NCBI GenBank assembly: GCA_964187785.1
Contig: OZ076412.1
Location: forward strand, 81,716,001 to 81,780,000
Origin: Amphiscolops sp. MND2022
Lineage: Eukaryota
Reading direction: 5' to 3'
DNA: 64,000 bases
The notes beneath the pieces are model-generated. The model did not search any database. It had not been told where the DNA came from and worked only from the letters and a program-made list of their open reading frames with translations. How positions within the stretch are numbered: the first letter of the stretch is position 1; each line of letters starts with the position of its first letter. Shown piece by piece: positions 1-13,600 of this stretch. The translations under genes and the position numbers were made by a program.

Positions 1-1520
1 TTCGAAATCAGTTCTTTTAGTGGTATAATCTGATGTCATTCGTTTATAACGTATAACACTATACCGTGTTTGATGGCAGAAGTTCTGGTTCCGAAAAAAG
101 GCCCCTGCGGGGCACAGTATTATTTCTGCTTTATAGTCTTGCATGTTCATTAATTGAAGCATATCTGGAATAACTAAACACTCATGTTGAATCATTACAT
201 AGCGCACACTTAATCACACTACCAGTTTACACCGCCTTTAATTCTTCTCGTACTAAAGAAAAGATAACTACAGGCTATTTTAGGTCCTATTTTCTCGAAA
301 TCTGTTGGGAATTTTGAAAAACATCAAAATTAAAAGTTTCTTACAATTTCATCTAGTTTATATTAATAGTTTTTTTTAAACTTTCCGGGAAAAAATGAGA
401 AAGTTACAAGTAGCTGATTTTGAGCAAATTTGGGACTTTTTTCCGTTTTTCCATCCAATTCTTGACTGTTTTATCCACAGTTTTTTTGACAAGTTTTATG
501 CTCGAATAACTCGCACAAACCTACTAAATCTGTGGATATTTTTCGATTTCAAAAATTATGAACCGTTTTCGAAATATCACTGATCGGAAGGTAAAATTTC
601 ATCAATTTACAAGTATTAAGATAAGAAATCAACGTTTCGCGGAGAAAACGTGAGGTGAGATTGTTTTTCAATTTGGAATGTTTTGGAAACAAAAAAAATA
701 TATCACTAAATTCTAAACAGTCTGAAGAACCCGATTTTCAGTCAGAAGAATTTAAAATTTTCAGGAAAAAACCAAATTCCAAAACTGCGAAAATAACAAA
801 AGAGTTCTTGCTGCAGCGGAGATTTCACTCTATGCGCCAATCAGAATTGAACGTGAGAGCAAATGAGCAAATCTGATTGGTTGATAACGACGCTCAGAGC
901 ATAGGGGGGCGATTTCTTAATCACAGTACTGTACTAAGCGTAGACGAAGTTTCGTATTCGCATTTGAATGCAGGCGAAGCTCTCGGCGAACGAATATTTA
1001 ACACTCGTTCGCTGCATCTCAATAACTCGGCGTACGAATGCATAATTACCACTCGCTTGTTGCATCGGACGAGAAACAGAATTGTTGTCGGCAGCTTGAG
1101 AAATTTAAATCTCACGCTTATACTCACTTCCGAGAAAAATATCTGAATTTTCAGTAGGTACTCGAACCGCGTACGAAAAGTTGGCTGGAAAAGAGTTGCA
1201 AAGTTCAGATTTCAATATTATTCCTGCTATCGCAGAAATAGTAAAATATGGTTTCTGATCAATTTCACTGACTGCGTACATTTAGTTGTCATGTATCAGG
1301 TTCGAACGCTTATCATCACTCAGAGAGAAACAATGACGAACGTTTTTCAATTTTCAACTACAGCTTTTTTGTGCTGGTGCATTGAAACCAATACGAACTG
1401 TTTTTTTTTAAAAAAAAACTGACAAGTTCTCATTATTTTTGAGGTGAAGATTCAAGATCTCACAAGGTAATGGGAAAATTCCGTAAGAGAACAAAATCGT
1501 TTTTAACTCTAGAAACATCA

Positions 1521-1978
1521 TTTCTAGTCGGTGCTTTTCTTGAACTACAGTCATGGCTTTTTGTCGGCGTTTTCAAAATTGTTTTCGATGAACCTGAAGT
1601 GACTGAAATAGTTCTACCGAAAGGTCTACAAAAATTTTAGAAGACGCCATATTGTACCTCTTGGCCCAAGGAACTGAACCGAAAAGGTTTCCCGCGTAAC
1701 ATACAATACCAGACGAGAGCAAAGGGTCCCCTTTCAGTTTTTTTCGGGATTGCAAGACTTTTTTTCGGGAAAAAATTTTCCCAAAGGGTTCCCCTTCAAT
1801 TTTTTTGGAGTTTTGCGACAGAATGGATGTTGAAAAATCCCGACGGGTCCCCTTTCAATTTTTTCGGCATTGTGAAACTTTTCAAAAAAATTTTTGGGTG
1901 CTGTAGGAGAGAATACTTTGACATTTTGAAATACTTTTGCTATTTTTGAGCCTTAGATATGACGCCGATTTGGGCCGG
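1521..1978 (-). mobile_element. Copy of abundant non-autonomous repeat with subterminal inverted repeats (HINE/Helentron-like)
   Basis: Reverse complement of the family at 12572 (ggcccaagtcggcgcc...aaggctcaaaaatagc head; gggaccct internal repeats; gcgccgacta tail). Confidence 0.75.
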
Positions 1979-2639
1979 TAATGTCATGTTTTACTTTTTG
2001 ATTTTGCCATTGCTTCATAGGGCTCTTGAGGTAGCATGGAAACAGTTAATCTTGAAGAAACAAACATCGCAACTGTTTTGGGCACAAGCTGGAATCTTTT
2101 TGAAAACAATTTGTTGAACACGTCTTAGATACCGTAAAATGGCACAACGGACTCAACTTGAAACCTGAAGGTTTACAGTTAAGCAATTGAGGTTGCCATG
2201 TTTTTGTACAGGGCATTTCAATTCTCGGAGACAATTCAGTTGCTTTTGAATTCAATTAAGAAAGACGCCCGCTCAGCAGCGGGAGAGGATCCGCTCCGAA
2301 CTTTTCCAACAACGACTACTAGTAGTACTTTTAAGGCCAGAGGGTGGCCTGTAAAATACGAGCTCGCAAAAATATTGGGAAAAGTTTTCGAACTTTGTGA
2401 CAGACTTTGGTTCATCTTTGCACTTTTTAGTTCATCTTTTCTCGAAAAAAAAATTTCCCAACAATAAAATATAAGAAAAACTAATTAATTTTCTTCAAAC
2501 AATGAAATATAAAAAACTAATTGTTTTGTCGCTGAAGTCACTGAACAATCACTCTTGAAAACACTCACAAAATGTGAAGCAATTGTGTAAACCAGCGGAT
2601 AGTTCAAAACAGAGAATAATGTTCAATTCCACATTGCAC

Positions 2640-3230
2640 TGTGTGGAGGCCGAACAAGCAGCTCTGCTTTTCTAAACGGTGTCGTTTCCGTATGCTTCCG
2701 ATGCAAGCTACCAAGCTATGGTACTAAATTTACTGCCAAATTAGAAGAAATGGTTGTTTTGACGCTGTGATTCCAAAGTGACTAACTCAAGGTCATAAAG
2801 ATCTGACTGCTCGCCTTTTCTCTTTTTACTTTCGGTTTAAAAATGACGAGTTGAGAAGCTAATTTTTCCCATTACCGCGGGGTGGACGCCGAATAAGCAG
2901 TTCTGCTCTTCTAAGTCGGCGCCCTTTCGGATACTTTATCCCCATAGCAAGCTATGGTACCATATTTGCAGCCATGTGGTCAAGCAATGGTGGGCTTGAA
3001 GCTGTGGTTTCAGAGTGACTTGCTCAAGGTCACAAAGGTATGACTGCTCACCGTTGCTCTTTTTTATTTTGCTTTTCTCCGCCACATGCGTTATTTTGTG
3101 TCACTGACCATACCACTCAGCTAAGGATTAAGGACTTGCTTAAGGACCAGCAATGGTGAGTTGAGAGAGATTCGAACCTGATACCGCCCCAGTACAGGCC
3201 GAATGCTCTAACCACTACGCCATGCTCCCC
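2640..3230 (-). mobile_element. tRNA-derived SINE-like element; head at 3154-3230, adjacent degenerate about 240-bp tandem duplication (2640-2830 / 2880-3070)
   Basis: The minus strand reads GGGGAGCATGGCGTAGTGG (A box)...GGTTCGAATC (B box), with an unpaired acceptor stem. The duplicated body shares gctatggtac and caaggtca..aaag..tgactgctc. Linking head and body is inference. Confidence 0.55.
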
Positions 3231-4488
3231 ATGTTTTTGTGACCATGACACGGCGAAAATTGCAGATTTTTTTCCGATTAATTAGGAAGAAAAGTTTAGA
3301 TTAAAATTGTTTCCTTAGATTCACGCACTCGAAATTGCTTACTTGAAGGAACTCACGGTCTGATAAAATATCTTTCGGCGACCATTAAAATTATCAATTA
3401 TTTATTTTTTTGAAATTATTTCAAGCGGTACACATTTTTTATCCGGCATTGTGAACTGTGCGGTTTTCACATCGGAGCATAGCCGAGTAATATTTCAGAA
3501 AATTTTCAATTGAAAATAACAAAACTTAATCGATCGTCCATGTTGCCTTGGATCGTGAATGGAAACCTATGAATTTACCCATGATAAGGTTCAAGATTTC
3601 TCTATTTTGAAATTGTGATGCTTGTAAACAACACTAGAATAGAAAATTGGTGCAATGTAAGAAATTTGTCCGACATCTACGAGTAAAAGATGATAATTTA
3701 CTTCGTACCCGTCTTTGTGTTGAGAAATTTTACAAATCGGTTTGAACAAGTTGATTTCAAAGCATTTTTTAAAAAAAAAGTTACATTTTTTTCATTTGGT
3801 TGTCACAAATAATCGCAGCAAACATTTCTGTAAACAAAACTCGTTCCATTCGAACCTTCCTCCTGATTGGTTGTTGCTGAATTGCATAAATTATCACAGA
3901 CTTGCCAAAAGCTTTCGTGGATAACAAAACGTCATGGATCTTCGTTGATGATACATGGGTTCTCATCATAGCCTTGATCATCGATGATTAGCCATGAATC
4001 GTATGTATGAAAATAACCACGAATGATTTGCCGAATTTGAATGTAAAGCCATGAAAAATGTATGACTTTGGATGAAAAACCGAGAAAGAGCCAAAGATAG
4101 TCAACCTGAACTATCAGCTGTTTCTAAATTATCATTGTTTGAATCAGCATCGCTGAACTACTCCAATTACAGAATCACTACAGAATCGCTAAAAGAAGTG
4201 AGTGAAAACAAAAAATGGAAAGCATGCCAAATCGAAAAATTGCACAATCGTCTAATTGAGCGGTCTATTCGGCTATGTTATCGTTCACATATTGTAAAGA
4301 TTCGAGCAATATCACCAGAATTGGTTCGAACTTTTGAGTGCTGATGAATTTTCGGCACGATTTTTTTCAAAGTTGCGGGATCATAGATGTCTACATGGTC
4401 CATTTTCTGGTTAAAAATGGGTTTTCATGATGAAATCCTTTCCATATAGGGTAATTTTTAAAATGCTGAGAAAACTTTGATTACTAAC

Positions 4489-4656
4489 ACTTTGTTATCT
4501 GGAAATCTTTGGAGGAAACAATTTTGGTCTCATCTCTGTACCACGTGACTTGAGGCTCTGGCTCTCCAGAAATTTCCACCTCAAACGTCGCCCTCTGTCC
4601 AGCTGACACTGTGAGGTCTGCCAACTTCTTCCGAATTAGAGGTGCTTCTCTGATGG
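4489..4656 (-). CDS. Ig gene exon, N-half of Ig7 (IREAPLIRKKLADLTV...GEPEPQVTWYRDETKI...ITK)
   Basis: Acceptor ctgcag|CC (phase 1), probable donor AAG T|gttagt. The C-half exon was not found in 1-4488 and is presumed outside the window. Confidence 0.87.
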
Positions 4657-7600
4657 CTGCAGCACAAACATTTTGTATACTTTTTGCCCATATTTCATTT
4701 GAGATTTTCGAGTTTTTATTTTTTGAAATCTTGCATCGGTTCCATGTATGAGTGCTATAAAATTTTAAATGCCATTTCAACATATTACAATGAAATATAA
4801 TTTAGTATTTTTGTTGCAGTAATATCATATTTCTAGGGACATTGATGCTTCATTCGAGATGAATCATGAATGAATCAGTTACCGAAAAAGTTTTTCATAG
4901 AAATTGGTACCTTGGTTGAGAAGCAGCCAACAAATTCATTGTCGACAGTGTTTGATGACTACGTTATGCTAATTTGCCGTGAATGGAAAATATTTGCTTC
5001 ATGAAAAGACCATACTGAGTTCTTTGTATAATTTGAATGTTTTGTTGCTCTTGCGTGGTCAATGTATCTGAACTGTTGTCATATATCATGCTTCTTCATG
5101 ATCTGAATATTTTTTCTATGTAACTCAGCCCGGGAAATTCAGAAAAGGGACCATGTCATCTATCCCCCCCCCCCCAAATTGCGACGGGGGGAATAAGGAA
5201 CAAGGTTCAAATACCATTATATCGACATCGCTTGCGTTAGAATTTTGGTCCAATAAAACAACTGATGTCGACATGAGCCTATCCATTACATTGACTGTCA
5301 GTGGAAAGTTGCTCATTAGATTTTATCACAGAAAAAATTTGCGTTGAAATGAAGGCCAATTTCACGATTTTAGCTTGTTCAGAACGTGGATTTCTGCTAT
5401 TTTGGACAATAATATTAACAAATTAGGGCATTTTTTGCCTGAAGTGTCAAAACAGTTGTAGAGACAATCCTCTAAGTATTTACATTCACATAATAATCTC
5501 TTTATATTAGTGAAATATTTTTATTCAACAGAAAATGCGCTTTCCGAGTCGTGTTGGGGAAAAATTCGCAACAAGGTGTACAAGGGGGGGGATAGATGAC
5601 ATGATCCCAGAAAAGTTCAAATTTTGCCGAAAAACCCAAAGGAGACCCAGCTTTAACAAAGACTTTTTCTGACTGGAAGTGTCAAAAAAACGGAAGGAGT
5701 CCCCCTCTACCTAAAGTAGAATGTGACGGAAAAAAATCAAAATTTACATTTGCAAACTTTGACAATTTTCAGTCCAGCGCAGGGTTCGAACCCTCTCCAC
5801 CTTCCTCTCGACATGCGTCACCATGCACAGACACCTGCGGTAACCACTAGGGCTGGCGGAAAGTACTTTCATTCCAGCAGGCCAGTAGATTCAGTCAGAA
5901 AGTGTTGGAAAAGAGAGAAGGGAAATAAAAACTTTGGTAAAAATAGGGTGTTTCACTTAAAGAAACGAAGCTTTCTTTCCCGACCAGCAGGGTTTCCCGA
6001 CAAGGTTGATCATACTCTTATCATATATGGTACCATACGAATCATACAATTTTTTTCTATGATCTTAACATGATCAATCTGGAATGATATATGATTCAGA
6101 GTATGGTCAACCTCGAAGCATAAACTTCTATGGTCCAGTCTGAAACCATAAATGGTGCAGACTATGATCAAACTGAAATCATGAATTTTTGTTGCCCACG
6201 CGGGTTGCCTTGAAATGCAACTTAGAGAAAAAATTTTCACATATTGAGAAGCTTTATATGCCTAATGCAGAACCCGCGGTAGAGCCACGCATTCTATCTT
6301 TGGTATTTGACCATGATTTGTCGTTAACTCCGCGGAAAGTTTTACGGAGTTACCGACAAATTATATCCACACAAATTGTTCTCCGCCACTCCTTAGTTAA
6401 TCCGTAATCCTTTTGTTACAGCAGTACCCACTTTTCAGGGTGATTTCTGATTCTTTTGAAAACAATTACCAACAATGCAGTAAAAGCTGCCCAAAGGTGA
6501 TTATTGCTACCTTGTTCTCAGTTTTGTGAATGTATTGGCACTTTGGTTGAGGAATATGTGGAGCACTTTCATTTTAACATTATTCTTGTTTTTAGTATTG
6601 TACACTGCCTTCAATGATTTAACGATAGCGTTTTATTTGAAAAGGAAATTCAGTGTTTTTAGGTAGTAATTTCATCAATGTATGCGTTGTTTGACTACGT
6701 TATCCTACTTTTTTTATTTATGGCTCCAGGCTGACCATACTCTGGGCCATATATGGTCCAGAGTATGATCAACTTGTTTTTGTATGGGTGGGAAACTCGG
6801 GAGAGTAAAAAACTTGGAATCAAAAGTTGTTGATCAAACCTTGAATGACGACATCGCATGACGAGGAACTACTTTTCTTGCCATCGCTGGAAACAGCGCG
6901 GGCGGAATAATGGCCGGAATCAGCGACACTTGGTTTGTTCACACTCAGTGAATGTTCGTTGTTGTGAGAAGTGACGTCATATTTGTTATTGGTCATTCTG
7001 ATTGGCTGGTTGTCTTTGAGCCACGTGACCCTACATGGCAGGCTGAGTTGGCAGCTGAGTTTTAGGGGAGAACCCTCGGATTGAGTTATGTCACCAAGAG
7101 GAGTGATAAACTCGGGAACAACAGTAGGATCTGTAAAAAGGGAACAAATTTAACGGGTGATATCTTTCGACACGCTAAACGCAACGCGAGCTGACGAATT
7201 CGGCTTGAAAATCAAAACCACAATCACGGTCATTTTGTTTTTAAGAAGAGATAAGAAAATAGAAAGAAACCCAAATTTGTGAATCTGACAGAATTGAGAG
7301 AAAGAAATTGAAATCATGAGGATTAAAGACGATTAAATTGAATTTTCTTCTTTTGTCTCTATAGACTATAGTGACTATCTGTTCTAAAATAAAGTTTGAT
7401 GTAATTTTTTGCAACAAACATTTTATCCAATTAACAACCAAAGGTTAAAAACTAAAACAAGAACAAAAAGCAAGCTTAAGGGTGCTGATTGTTTTGATTT
7501 ATGAAGCTGAGATTTTTGTTTTAAAAAAAGAGATATCAATGAAAACAATAAATTACGTATCAAATCTAACATCTAAACAGTAGTGATAAAACCATTTCAT

Positions 7601-10600
7601 TTCTCAAATATTTTTTCAATGAATACAGTGTGTATTATTTCCATCTGTTTACCATCGAAACCACACCATGCATGTTCGCCATGTTAATCCATGCGAGTTC
7701 ACAACAAAAAAGAGTGTTTTTTCTATTGACTTTTAGCCTTAACCTACTTTTTGAATAAGTTTTCCCACTTTTTGTAAGCGTTTTTTTATCATTTTGAAAA
7801 CCAGGCCTATATAGTTATAACTTGCTTTTCTCTTCGAAAATTTGGTTCTTTTCTGTTACCCACCAACCACCAACTTGTTTTGAAATCTTGTGCAAATATT
7901 ATCATAAATATACTTCAAAGTGAAACCAAAAACCTTCAAAGTTAAATGTATTTCCAGATTGACAGTTTGGGATCTGGCACTATATAGACTTTGTTCACAC
8001 TTTTCTCCTTATGAAGTCACGCATCCTTCATTAAAAATCAATAACTTCCTGTTTTTTGACTCACAAAAAAGAGTCAATTCGAAGATAATCACAGTCAGAA
8101 TGTGTGAAAAATGTTTTGTTCAAACAAAAAACTCATTTAGTAGAAGTTTACATTCTGTTATGGAAACAGATTTCATTTTTAATTGCTCCCTATCAAAACT
8201 TTTGTAAATTTCGTCCAAAAACTCAGATGATGGGGGGGTTCATAAGAGAGCCGAAAATTTCAAAAAAAAATTCTTACATCCAACACGACAGTCGGGTTAG
8301 TGGAAAATTGGAAGATGCGAGATAAGAATTGGCGAGTTGAGTTGGAAAGTGTGAAAAGTTGTTAGTCAACATTGGTGTTCACGCCTCGCAGTTTCAAATT
8401 TAAACGAGCATGTTGAACAACATCCACAGCAAATGCCCGCCAATGCTTTCATTTGATTGGCTCAGACTTGATCACGTGTTGGCACATTCAAGAACAGTCG
8501 TGTCTCTGAAGCTGACAGTTGCTCTCTTTCGTCATCTGCTATTGGGCGATAGATTGTTTATGAACAAGTCGTGAATACTTCTGGAATATGATTCACTTCT
8601 TGGGCTGTGAAGGAAGGCAGACGGAGCCACGTAGCACGTATCTGAACAAGAGTTTCAAATGTTTGATAGTGACGCGGATTTAGACTAATTATTCCGAAAC
8701 ATTTTTTAAGGCTAAAATTTTTTTATAAGAGCTATAGGACAAGTATCGAGAAATTTCTCATGAATCCCACATTGCCGAAAAGTTTTCCAATGCCGCTTAC
8801 ATGGTTAAAATTTTATGGGTGAATTCCATGTTTAAAGAACAGGAACAGTTCAGGTCAAATGATTCTCATATCCTAATAAAAATTTACAAATCAAAATTAT
8901 GCTCAATCGGCAGAAAAATTTCTATTTGAGACCTGAATCCTGTATTTTTAATGCCCTTTTCCAAACTTTAGTTGAAATTTTCATTGTTTTAGATTTATTC
9001 GAACAATAACGAGATCTATTTAGTGCACATGGAAGAGTTTATTGTTTTCCTTAATAAAAGAAGGAGTTCAAAATTTCGAATTAGGATCCCATGCAATGAA
9101 GATCAATCTACGTTCTGTAAACTTTGAGCTTTTGACGCTTCATTCATTTTCAGTTACAATTTCATGTATTTTTGAAAAAAATCCTTAAAACTATAGATCA
9201 ATTTTTCAGAATTTGTTTCTGCAGCATTACATTTGTCTCAACTTCGAATAACATTCTGACCGATAGACTTTCGTTATCACGGTTGTGATTGTTATACCGT
9301 TCATCCGTCTTAACCTCTACCGAGCTTCGGCCTAGCATTGGTCTATTAGGTCTATTTCGGTTCGGTCTAGCATAGGTATATAGGTCTATTTCGGTCTAGT
9401 AGGAGATCAATATCGAAAGCATTGAATTCAGCAAAAGAAGAACACATAGTAAAAGAAGAACAAATACAAAGAATGAAAACAAAACGGAACAAGACTGAAA
9501 ATTAAAACTATTGGTAAACGAACATACAGATTTTAATACGCTCCGAACTAAACATTGATTTATATATTAAATGCCCCGTTCTAGAAACAATCTGCAACAC
9601 ATGCTGAATGGAAGGCCACTACGAAAAGCAGACAAAGATTTAATGAGAATCGAAAAGTGAGAAAACAAGTCGAAGAAGAAATGAACGAAACGAAGAAAAG
9701 CCATTCACACGAAAGCAGAACGATATCAAGTGTTTCAGGCGAACGCATACACAACATGAAGGAAATAAAAACATACTAAGAAAAGAACAATCACTCCACC
9801 GCATCAGTGAAAATGAATGGAGTGAAAGAAAGTCATGCGACAATGGATCACCAATAACAACAACGTCACTAGACAGAAGAAAAATAAAGCAACAAACCAA
9901 TACAAAATCGTAGACAAAAAGGAAGTAAAATTCCAAAAATACCGGTAAACGTCGAATACGGAACTAACAAACAAAAGTTGGAAGTGTTATAAAACGCAAG
10001 AACCGACATCTCGCTCTTACTCGGTTTGGCTGGACAAAAATAGACACGATCGGGAGAATACATGTGGACGAGAGCAATCAATAAGAAAGAGCAAAAGTAT
10101 TCAGTAATCTCCAGATCTGTTTGAGAACAACGAAACAACAAAAGATACTGTGAGAAACATTAAATTCAAGCTTGAACATTACACGGTAAAACAGAAAACT
10201 AAACCGGTACAACTACATCTTCCAAAATATATGGAACGAGAACTAGAATACTTCGCAGACTCTTGGAAACAAAAAAAACGATGTTGATGAATACTGTTCG
10301 TATCTCCAGTGGTAATTACAGTGAAAAGCAATAAATCTGTGAAAACAGCACTGGACTCACGGAAATTAAACGAAAGTTGCCCAAAAATCAGACAACATAT
10401 GCCAAACGTAAAAGGATTGCTAAACTGAATTCCGGTAGAAATTATTCGTAACAAGAAACCATTAGATGGGAGATGTCAAAACAAATTACAATCTACAAAT
10501 CACGGACGCGAAAACTGACTCGGAAATAATACACCGAAACTATAATTGGAATCCATTGTTTCAGGCCGACAAGAAAAGAACCGAAGAGTTACGGCAGCAA

Positions 10601-13600
10601 TTTTACACCAAAGAACAGATACTGTTTACGGGGATTGGACACAAAGTACGGCAGATGTGATGAGAGACTCTGCATTATCCTAAACAGCATGCTGAAAATA
10701 GTACAGAACCGCAGAAAAAAGGCAGACAATGCAGCCCGGAGAAAAAGGGGGATGTTATACGGTTCATTCGTTTTAACCTCTACCAAGTTTGGGTCTAGCA
10801 AATTGTTTGTAGACAAATTTGAAAGAAATCTTCATATTTTATTTATTTACAGTTAGATTTTGAACGATCCTGTTACGCATAAAGAGACTCTTATTTTAGA
10901 AAAACTTGTCATTTCCTAACCTCTAGCTCTAGGCTGAAGAATAGAAAAGTGATAACTAAATACCCAACAATCGAATATTTTATCTATTATATTTTTATCA
11001 TTTCCCATTCTGTTCTAAAACGGCTGACTGAAATATGTAGCAAGATGATATTTTGGAAAAACCATTCAAACCCGATCTCTCGACATTCATGAAACAGGAG
11101 CTCTCAGCCTTGCCCCCTTCGTTGCTGGCGTGACACACGTACAAGCCCTGGTCCTGCAGCTCCACGGAGTCGATCACAAGTCGGTACGAGTGGTGACCCC
11201 CGTCTGTGAACACTCTGGGGGGAGAGGTCAACAGGGGTCGCCCGTCTTTAGTCCAGGTCACTTGGGGCAGAGGGTACCCGCTGACATTGCAAATAAGTTC
11301 CACCCTGTCCTCCACAAACACAGTCACGTTCTCCAAGGAAGAAGCGAACTGGGGAGCGTGGAAACCTGGAAAAATAGGAATAGGAATATTAATAATAATA
11401 ATTTAATTCATTTGGTCATTCTTATTACAAAGACAGTATATAAATAAACATTAAATTATGACCAAAAGAGCGCACTTCTAAGGGCGCACAAGCCCTCTTG
11501 AAGGAAGCCTATTCTAAACAACCTGCAAGCTCAAGTTTAATTAACAAAAAAACTATTCGAATTTGAAAGAAGCGTTGAAGAAAACAGATCTCCCTGAATC
11601 CCAACACATCGTGATGAAAGACGAGAAAACCTCGTTAACAGTAATTCTATACCCGTTTTAAGCGTTCCAATGTACTTGGTTATTGCAGCAGATTTCAAAA
11701 GATATATGGCGAGAGGACGTCATTGCTTAGACGTTGAGAAAATCGGGAAAGAATGTGAAGAAAGACTAATTTTGTCCGAAAACTAGGATATCGTACCCTT
11801 GATGAAATAGTCTTCATTTAATGCTTTTGCACAGACGATACCCCAGTTTACTGGCCCCAGGAGTCTGCAATTGGAATAGTTAGTTTGAATGGGTATTCAT
11901 AACAGAAAATGTGCAATACCGTTCATCCGTTCTGACCTCTTACCGAGCTTCGGTCTAGGGTACTAGCGAGTTGTTAGTAAACAAACTTGAATCAGAAAAC
12001 AGTGTTTTATGTTTACTATACAATCAGATTTGATATAGTATAGTTATAAAAAAGAAACTCTAATTCTACGAAACTTGTTCTTTTTTAACCTATTCGTGAG
12101 AATACAACAACATTTACAAAAATTACACAATAAAGGCGAGAAAGGAGCACTACTGCTTTTCTTGTTCACACTCTAAAGAACCAACTTTGGCACATTTAAT
12201 AATTCAATTTTTTCGAGATTGGAGTTTCTTTCCACTTGCGACGTTAATTGAAATTGTGGCAATTTTAATAAATCATTGTAAATAAAAACATTGAAAACCT
12301 GGAAAGAAAGGTTTCTCCTATTGTTCTAGTAGGGAGAAATTAGCCGTCAATTTATGGAAAGTCATTTTTCCGCTAGAAGTTTCTTGATCAAAATAATTCA
12401 TGCTCCAAAATGGCACCTTTGCGTCTCGGGAGTTTTGACAAACAATGTACCAAGAAGCGCTGCAAATATTCAAGCAACTTGTGTCTCCAATTTGTAAATA
12501 TTCTTCAAAAGGTACTGAGAGCAAAATTAATTCTCCAAGAAGGTATCATTACGTCTCAAGTATTAGGATACAAACAAGCCGGGACAGGCCCAAGTCGGCG
12601 CCATATCCAAGGCTCAAAAATAGCTAAAGGACTTCCAAGTGTCAATTTACAGTACTCGAAAATCGAAAAAGCAAAAAATATGGACCGAGTGGCGCGCCGG
12701 GGCCCGCTAGCGCGAGCCCCAGGCGCGCTAAAAGGGGGACACTTCCGAAATTGTCAACATTTTTGTCGCAGTTGAAGGGGGGACCCTTTGGACAAAAAAC
12801 AAAATTTCGAAAAAAGTCTCACAATGCCAAAAAACGGAAAGGGGGACCCTTTGGGATCTTAAACACCGCATGTGTTGTGAAATATCAAAGAAATTGAAGG
12901 GGGACCCTTTAGGAAAAAAATAGAAAAAAAATCTCACAATGCCGAAAAACTGAAAGGGGGACCCTTTGGGATTTTCCAACATCCATTCTGACGCAAAACA
13001 ACAAAAAAATTGAAGGGGGGACCCTTTGGGGAAAAATTTTTTCCGAAAAAAAGTCTCGCAGTGCCGAAAAAAATTGAAAGGGGGGACCCTTTTGGTCTCG
13101 CCCGGTGTGATATGTTACGCGGAAAAACAGGAAAAACTTTTTTGGTTCAGTTCGCTAGGCCAAATGGTGCAATTTGGTGCAATAATATTTTGCAGAACTC
13201 TTGAGAACAATTTGGGTCAGTTCGTGTGGATAGAAAAAAAAAGTCACTATAATAGTCGCGTTTCGCTTCATGAAGCGCCGACTAAAAACGATGCAAATAT
13301 CATGTAACTTACTTCTCTAGAGAAGTTTCTGTTACGGAGAAGTCGGCCGTTAGTTTTCCGAAAATTGTTGTAAAAGTTTTGTGGAAAACTTTCTGCGGAA
13401 AATTTATTCGATCGAAAGTTTTTATTGTCCCGTGATTTTTACAGTTTCGCATATCTGGCCGCTGTTAACTGTATCAGTTTAGCTTTTCATAGTTTTGCGT
13501 GCATGCCGATATTGGCCCATATTTAACGCGAGCTCCTTTGCGCCTATGTTTTTAATTGAATATTTTTCTCTCAACTACTTAAGATTTAGCTTGACGAGAG

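Noticed and set aside
3154-3230. Functional tRNA gene
   Set aside because: A and B boxes are present but the acceptor and T stems do not pair, so it is treated as a SINE head. The same applies to the fragments at about 24181, 29990 and 32250 and to the LTR copies at 16495 and 21684.
395-4344. Short ORFs, and the missing C-half exon of Ig7
   Set aside because: The ORFs are low-complexity AT-rich frames with no Ig or other motif, and no D-x-G-x-Y-x-C-x-A-x-N exon was found. The next exon is probably beyond position 1.
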